A DNA stretch of 32,000 nucleotides from contig NZ_JBHSTI010000008.1 of the NCBI RefSeq assembly GCF_042660085.1, forward strand, positions 1,299,876 through 1,331,875, read 5' to 3'. Positions 28,384 through 32,000 of the stretch are shown here, piece by piece; within the stretch, counting starts at the first letter, position 1; the number at the start of each line of letters is the position of its first letter. The translations under genes and the position numbers were made by a program. Below the pieces are notes generated by a model. That model was given only the letters and a program-made list of their open reading frames with translations. It ran no database searches and was not told the origin of the DNA. The stretch comes from Longivirga aurantiaca (lineage in GTDB: Bacteria > Actinomycetota > Actinomycetes > S36-B12 > CAIYMF01).

Positions 28384-28426
28384 GGATGAAAGGTAACGGG
28401 AACCCCCGGCGCACTACGTTGGGGCC

Positions 28427-31243
28427 GTGCCAGACGAACCCGAGGTCGCCGAGCCGCCCGAGCACTGGGAGGCGGACGTCGTCCTGCGGGACGGGCGCAC
28501 CGCGAGGCTGCGGCCGATCCGGCCCTCCGACGCCGAGCGGCTCGCCGAGTTCCACCGGTCGCTGTCCGAGGAGACCATCTACTACCGGTTCTTCGCGCCG
28601 TACCCGGAGCTGACGCCGCGCGACCTCACCCGGTTCACGACGGTCGACCACCACGACCGCGTGGCGTTCGTCGCGTTGACGGGCGACGACATCATCGGGG
28701 TCGGCCGCTTCGACCGGGTGGACGAGCGCGACGCCGAGGTCGCCTTCGTCATCCGCGACGCGCACCAGGGCCGCGGCCTGGGGTCGGTGCTGCTCGAGCA
28801 CCTGGCCGCCGCCGCCCGCGAGCTCGGAGTACGGCGCTTCGTCGCCGAGGTGCTTCCCACCAACCGCCGGATGCTGGCGACGTTCGAGGAGGCGGGCTAC
28901 CACCCCTCGCACAAGATGGAGGACGGCGTCGTGTCGCTGGCCTTCGACCTCGAGCCGACGGAGTCGTCGGTGGCCGTGCGCCTGGCCCGCGAGCATCGCG
29001 CCGAGTCGCGCAGCGTCGCCGCCCTCGTGGCGCCCGAGTCGCTCGTGGTGGTCGGCGCGAGCCGCGACCCGCGCTCGCTGGGCAACCGCGTGCTGCGGCA
29101 CCTGCTCGAGGGCGGATACACCGGCCGCCTGTCGGCGGTGAACCGCGCCGCCGTCGAGGAGGGGGTGCAGGTCCTCGGGGTGCCGACGTACGCCTCGGTG
29201 TCCGAGATCCCCGAGCCCGTCACCCTGGCGCTGCTCGCTGTGCCGCACGACGAGGTCGACGCCGTGGTCGACGACTGCGCGGCCGCCCGGGTGCGCGGAC
29301 TGCTGGTGGTGGCATCCGGCTACAGCGAGAGCGGTCCGGACGGCGTCGCCCGCCAGCGGGCGCTGGTGCGCAAGGCGCGCGGCAACGGCATGCGGGTGAT
29401 CGGGCCCAACGCGCTCGGCATCGTCAACACCGACCCGGCCGTCTCGATGAACGCCTCGCTCGCGCCGAAGCTCCCGGGCCACGCGCCGATCGGGTTCTTC
29501 AGCCAGAGCGGGGCGCTCGGGGGCACGATCCTCGCCCGCGCAGTGCGCCGCGGCCTCGGCGTCTCGACGTTCGTGTCGGCGGGCAACCGCGCCGACGTCA
29601 GCGGCAACGACCTGCTGCAGTACTGGGAGGACGACGAGCAGACGTCGGTCGTGCTCCTCTACCTCGAGAGCGTGGGCAACCCGCGCAAGTTCACGCGCAT
29701 TGCGCGCAGGCTGTCGCGCACCAAGCCGGTCGTCGCGATGCGCACGGGCCGATCCACCCAGGCCTACCCGATCGGGCACGCCATCCGCCGGACGACGCTG
29801 CCGGTGGCCGCGGTCGACTCGATGTTCGCCCAGGCGGGCATCGTGGAGGTCGAGTCGCTGGGGGAGATGTTCGACGTCGCGGGGCTGCTCGCCTACCAGC
29901 CGCTGCCGGCGGGACGACGCGTCGCGATCGTGGGCAACTCCGACGCCCTCGCGGTGCTCGCGGGCGACGCGTGCGAGGGCGCCGAGCTCGACGTCGTCGG
30001 CGAGCCGATGACTCTGCGCAGCGACTGCACGCCCCAGGATCTCGCCCGCGCTCTGGCCGCGGTGCTCGACGACCCTGCGGTCGACTCGGTGGTCGTGTCG
30101 CACGTGCCGACGCTCGGCCACGACGGCCGGGCCTGGGAGCGGGTCGTCGCCGAGACCGTGGTGCGCGGGGCAAAGCCGGTCGTGGCGGTGCTCGTGGCCG
30201 CGGAGGAGGAGAGCGGGCTGCTGGCCACGCCGGAGGGCGAGGCCGCGGATCTCGCGATGCCCGAGCACGGGTCGGTCCCGTTCTACGGCACCGTCGAGGA
30301 CGCCGTGCGCGCGCTGCGCCGGGTCACGCGGTACGCCGAGTGGCGCGCACGACCGCTGGGCGACCTGCCCGAGTTCTCCGACATCGACCACAAGCGGGCG
30401 CGCGCGATCGTGGACCAGCTCGTGGGCGAGGAGCTCGACTCCGCTGAGGGCCCGGTGCCCAGCCTCACCGGCCGCGGCAGGGCGGGCGGCGGGCCCGCGG
30501 CCACCACGAACACCGCGCACGTGGACGACGACCCGGACGAGGTCGTGCTGTACGCCGAGGACCCCGACGACGACCTCACGCTGCTCCTCGAGCAGTACGG
30601 CATCCCGGTGTGGCCGGTGGTCGCCGTGACGAGTGCCGAGCAGGCGGTGGAGGTGGCCGACCGCATCGGCTACCCCGTGGTGCTGAAGACGCTCGACCCG
30701 CGCTTCTCCTCGCGCACGGACCTCGGAGGCCTGCGGCTCAACCTCGAGAACGAGCGGGCGGTGCGAACGGCGTTCCGGTCGATGTCGCTGAGCCTCGACC
30801 CCGAGGCCGCGGACCGGCTCGTGCTGCAGCACATGGCGACGCCCGGGGTGGCGTGCGTGGTCGGCTCTACCGAGGACCCGCTCTTCGGACCGGTGGTGTC
30901 GTTCGGGCTGGCCGGCATGGTGCCCGAGCTGCTCGGCGACCGCGGCTACCGCATCCCGCCGCTCACGGACACCGACGCGCACGACCTCGTCGACGCGCCG
31001 GGGGCCTCGCCGATGCTCAACGGCATCGGGGGCACCGAGCCCGTCGACCACGCCGCGATCGAGGACCTGCTGCTCCGGGTCGGGCAGCTCGCGGACGACG
31101 TGCCCGAGCTCGGCGACCTGCGGCTCGAGCCGGTGGTCGTGGCGGAGGAGGGCCTCGCCGTCCTCGGCGCGCGTGCGGTCCTGCGCAGGCCGCAGGCCCG
31201 TTCGGACGCCGAGGCGCGCCGGCTGGGCGTCGGCGACCTCTAG
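28427..31243 (+). CDS. GNAT acetyltransferase fused to CoA-binding/ATP-grasp (ADP-forming acyl-CoA synthetase-like) domains, Pat-like protein lysine acetyltransferase family
   Basis: 938 aa; GNAT region VALTGDDIIGVGRFDR...HQGRGLGSVLLEHLAAAARELG; CoA-binding LVVVGASRDPRSLGNRVLRHLLEGGYTG; GFFSQSGALGG; C-terminal ATP-grasp IPVWPVVAVTSAEQAVEVADRIGYPVVLKTL. Confidence 0.9.
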   Translation: MPDEPEVAEPPEHWEADVVLRDGRTARLRPIRPSDAERLAEFHRSLSEETIYYRFFAPYPELTPRDLTRFTTVDHHDRVAFVALTGDDIIGVGRFDRVDERDAEVAFVIRDAHQGRGLGSVLLEHLAAAARELGVRRFVAEVLPTNRRMLATFEEAGYHPSHKMEDGVVSLAFDLEPTESSVAVRLAREHRAESRSVAALVAPESLVVVGASRDPRSLGNRVLRHLLEGGYTGRLSAVNRAAVEEGVQVLGVPTYASVSEIPEPVTLALLAVPHDEVDAVVDDCAAARVRGLLVVASGYSESGPDGVARQRALVRKARGNGMRVIGPNALGIVNTDPAVSMNASLAPKLPGHAPIGFFSQSGALGGTILARAVRRGLGVSTFVSAGNRADVSGNDLLQYWEDDEQTSVVLLYLESVGNPRKFTRIARRLSRTKPVVAMRTGRSTQAYPIGHAIRRTTLPVAAVDSMFAQAGIVEVESLGEMFDVAGLLAYQPLPAGRRVAIVGNSDALAVLAGDACEGAELDVVGEPMTLRSDCTPQDLARALAAVLDDPAVDSVVVSHVPTLGHDGRAWERVVAETVVRGAKPVVAVLVAAEEESGLLATPEGEAADLAMPEHGSVPFYGTVEDAVRALRRVTRYAEWRARPLGDLPEFSDIDHKRARAIVDQLVGEELDSAEGPVPSLTGRGRAGGGPAATTNTAHVDDDPDEVVLYAEDPDDDLTLLLEQYGIPVWPVVAVTSAEQAVEVADRIGYPVVLKTLDPRFSSRTDLGGLRLNLENERAVRTAFRSMSLSLDPEAADRLVLQHMATPGVACVVGSTEDPLFGPVVSFGLAGMVPELLGDRGYRIPPLTDTDAHDLVDAPGASPMLNGIGGTEPVDHAAIEDLLLRVGQLADDVPELGDLRLEPVVVAEEGLAVLGARAVLRRPQARSDAEARRLGVGDL

Positions 31244-31303
31244 GCGGTCCGCTCGGGCCTAACGCAGTGGCACCGTGTCGGGGGTCTCTGATGGACTCGT
31301 GCC

Positions 31304-32000
31304 ATGGACGGCGACGCGGTGCTGGAGCGGCCCGTCTCCATCCGTGAGGTGCTGAACCCGCCGATCATCCGGATGCTCGTCGGCATCGGCTGCTCGGCGC
31401 TCGGCGGCGGCCTCATCATGTCGCTGCTCGTGGTCTACCTCCACCAGGTCCGCGGCCTGCCGCTGCAGCTCGCCGGGCTGGTCCTCACGTTCCAGGCGCT
31501 GCTCGGCCTCGCCTTCTCTCCGCTGGTCGGTCTGGTGGTGGACCGCATCGGTCCCAAGCCCGTGCTGCTCACGGCCCTCGGCATCGAGGCGGTCGGCACC
31601 GTGGCCATCGGGTTCGCGGCGACCGCGCCGCAGGCGTTCCTCGCGGCCGGGATCATGGCCGTGGGCAACGCAGGGCTGTGGGCGCCGCAGGCCGCGATCC
31701 TGTCGCGGCTGACCACGCCAGAACGCCGCCAGCGCGTGTTCGGGCTGCAGTTCATGCTGCTCAACCTCGGCATCGGGCTCGGCGGCCTCGTGGGGGCGGT
31801 CGTCGTCGACGTCGACCGCCCGTGGACCTTCACGGTCCTGTACGCCGCCAACGCGGTGACGTTCCTGGCGTACGCCGTGGCGGTGGCGGGCGTGCGCGGG
31901 GTCAGCGGGCCGGAGGCGCACCCGCCGGAGGAGGGCGAGGACGGCCGGGGCGGCTACCTCCAGGTGCTCTCGGACCGTCGGCTGCGCCGGTACGTCCTCG
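31304..32000 (+). CDS. MFS transporter, 3' truncated by window edge
   Basis: My translation from ATG 31304 is open to the edge: MDGDAVLERPVSIREVLNPPIIRMLVGIGCSALGGGLIMSLLVVYLHQVRGLPLQLAGLVLTFQALLGLAFSPLVGLVVDRIGPKPVLLTALGIEAVGTVAIGF. Contains MFS motif-A-like GLVVDRIGPKPV. Absent from the ORF track because it has no stop in the window. Confidence 0.85.
   Translation, partial: MDGDAVLERPVSIREVLNPPIIRMLVGIGCSALGGGLIMSLLVVYLHQVRGLPLQLAGLVLTFQALLGLAFSPLVGLVVDRIGPKPVLLTALGIEAVGTVAIGFAATAPQAFLAAGIMAVGNAGLWAPQAAILSRLTTPERRQRVFGLQFMLLNLGIGLGGLVGAVVVDVDRPWTFTVLYAANAVTFLAYAVAVAGVRGVSGPEAHPPEEGEDGRGGYLQVLSDRRLRRYVL

Noticed and set aside
27986-31051. 1021-aa minus-strand ORF opposite the GNAT/ATP-grasp gene
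   Set aside because: High-GC antisense shadow with low-complexity His/Arg/Gly/Val-rich composition; the + strand frame has clear domain motifs.

Overview
High-GC actinobacterial chromosome segment. A type IIA topoisomerase pair (parE-like, 5' truncated at the left edge; parC-like at ~23.4-25.9 kb) brackets an accessory block of about 19 kb. At its core is a divergently arranged aromatic-catabolism locus. The rightward operon (11454-21813) encodes two tandem class I extradiol dioxygenases, a histidine-phosphatase-superfamily protein, a split PEP-synthase-like dikinase (363 aa ATP-grasp subunit plus 603 aa swivelling-His subunit), a Rieske non-heme iron oxygenase alpha subunit, a small 4-Cys zinc-ribbon-like protein, a third hydratase/decarboxylase-family enzyme, a HAD hydrolase and an FprA-type ferredoxin reductase. 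The leftward operon encodes a hypothetical protein, an IclR regulator, hydratase, acylating acetaldehyde dehydrogenase, 4-hydroxy-2-oxovalerate aldolase, a probable 4-oxalocrotonate decarboxylase, 4-oxalocrotonate tautomerase, a Rieske ferredoxin and a second HAD hydrolase. The main hypothesis is a phosphorylation-primed aerobic pathway: a phenolic substrate is phosphorylated by the split dikinase, oxidised by a Rieske oxygenase, freed of phosphate and cleaved by meta fission. Parts resemble the phosphorylation modules of phenylphosphate synthase and CreHI/CreD, but here the oxidation module appears to be Rieske rather than P450 or carboxylase. The divergent control region holds a 10-bp perfect inverted repeat centred exactly between two mirror-image TACCTT-N7-ATG (leaderless-type) starts. 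The 3' flank is core-like: carbonic anhydrase, sucrase/ferredoxin-like protein, ParC, PfkB kinase with pseudouridine-5'-phosphate glycosidase, a GNAT/ATP-grasp acyl-CoA-synthetase-like fusion, and an MFS transporter that runs off the right edge. The supplied ORF track puts the 4-OT gene (6092-6316) on the wrong strand and omits the open-ended MFS gene. No tRNA, rRNA, CRISPR or transposase was found. All family calls are from motif reading, with no database search.
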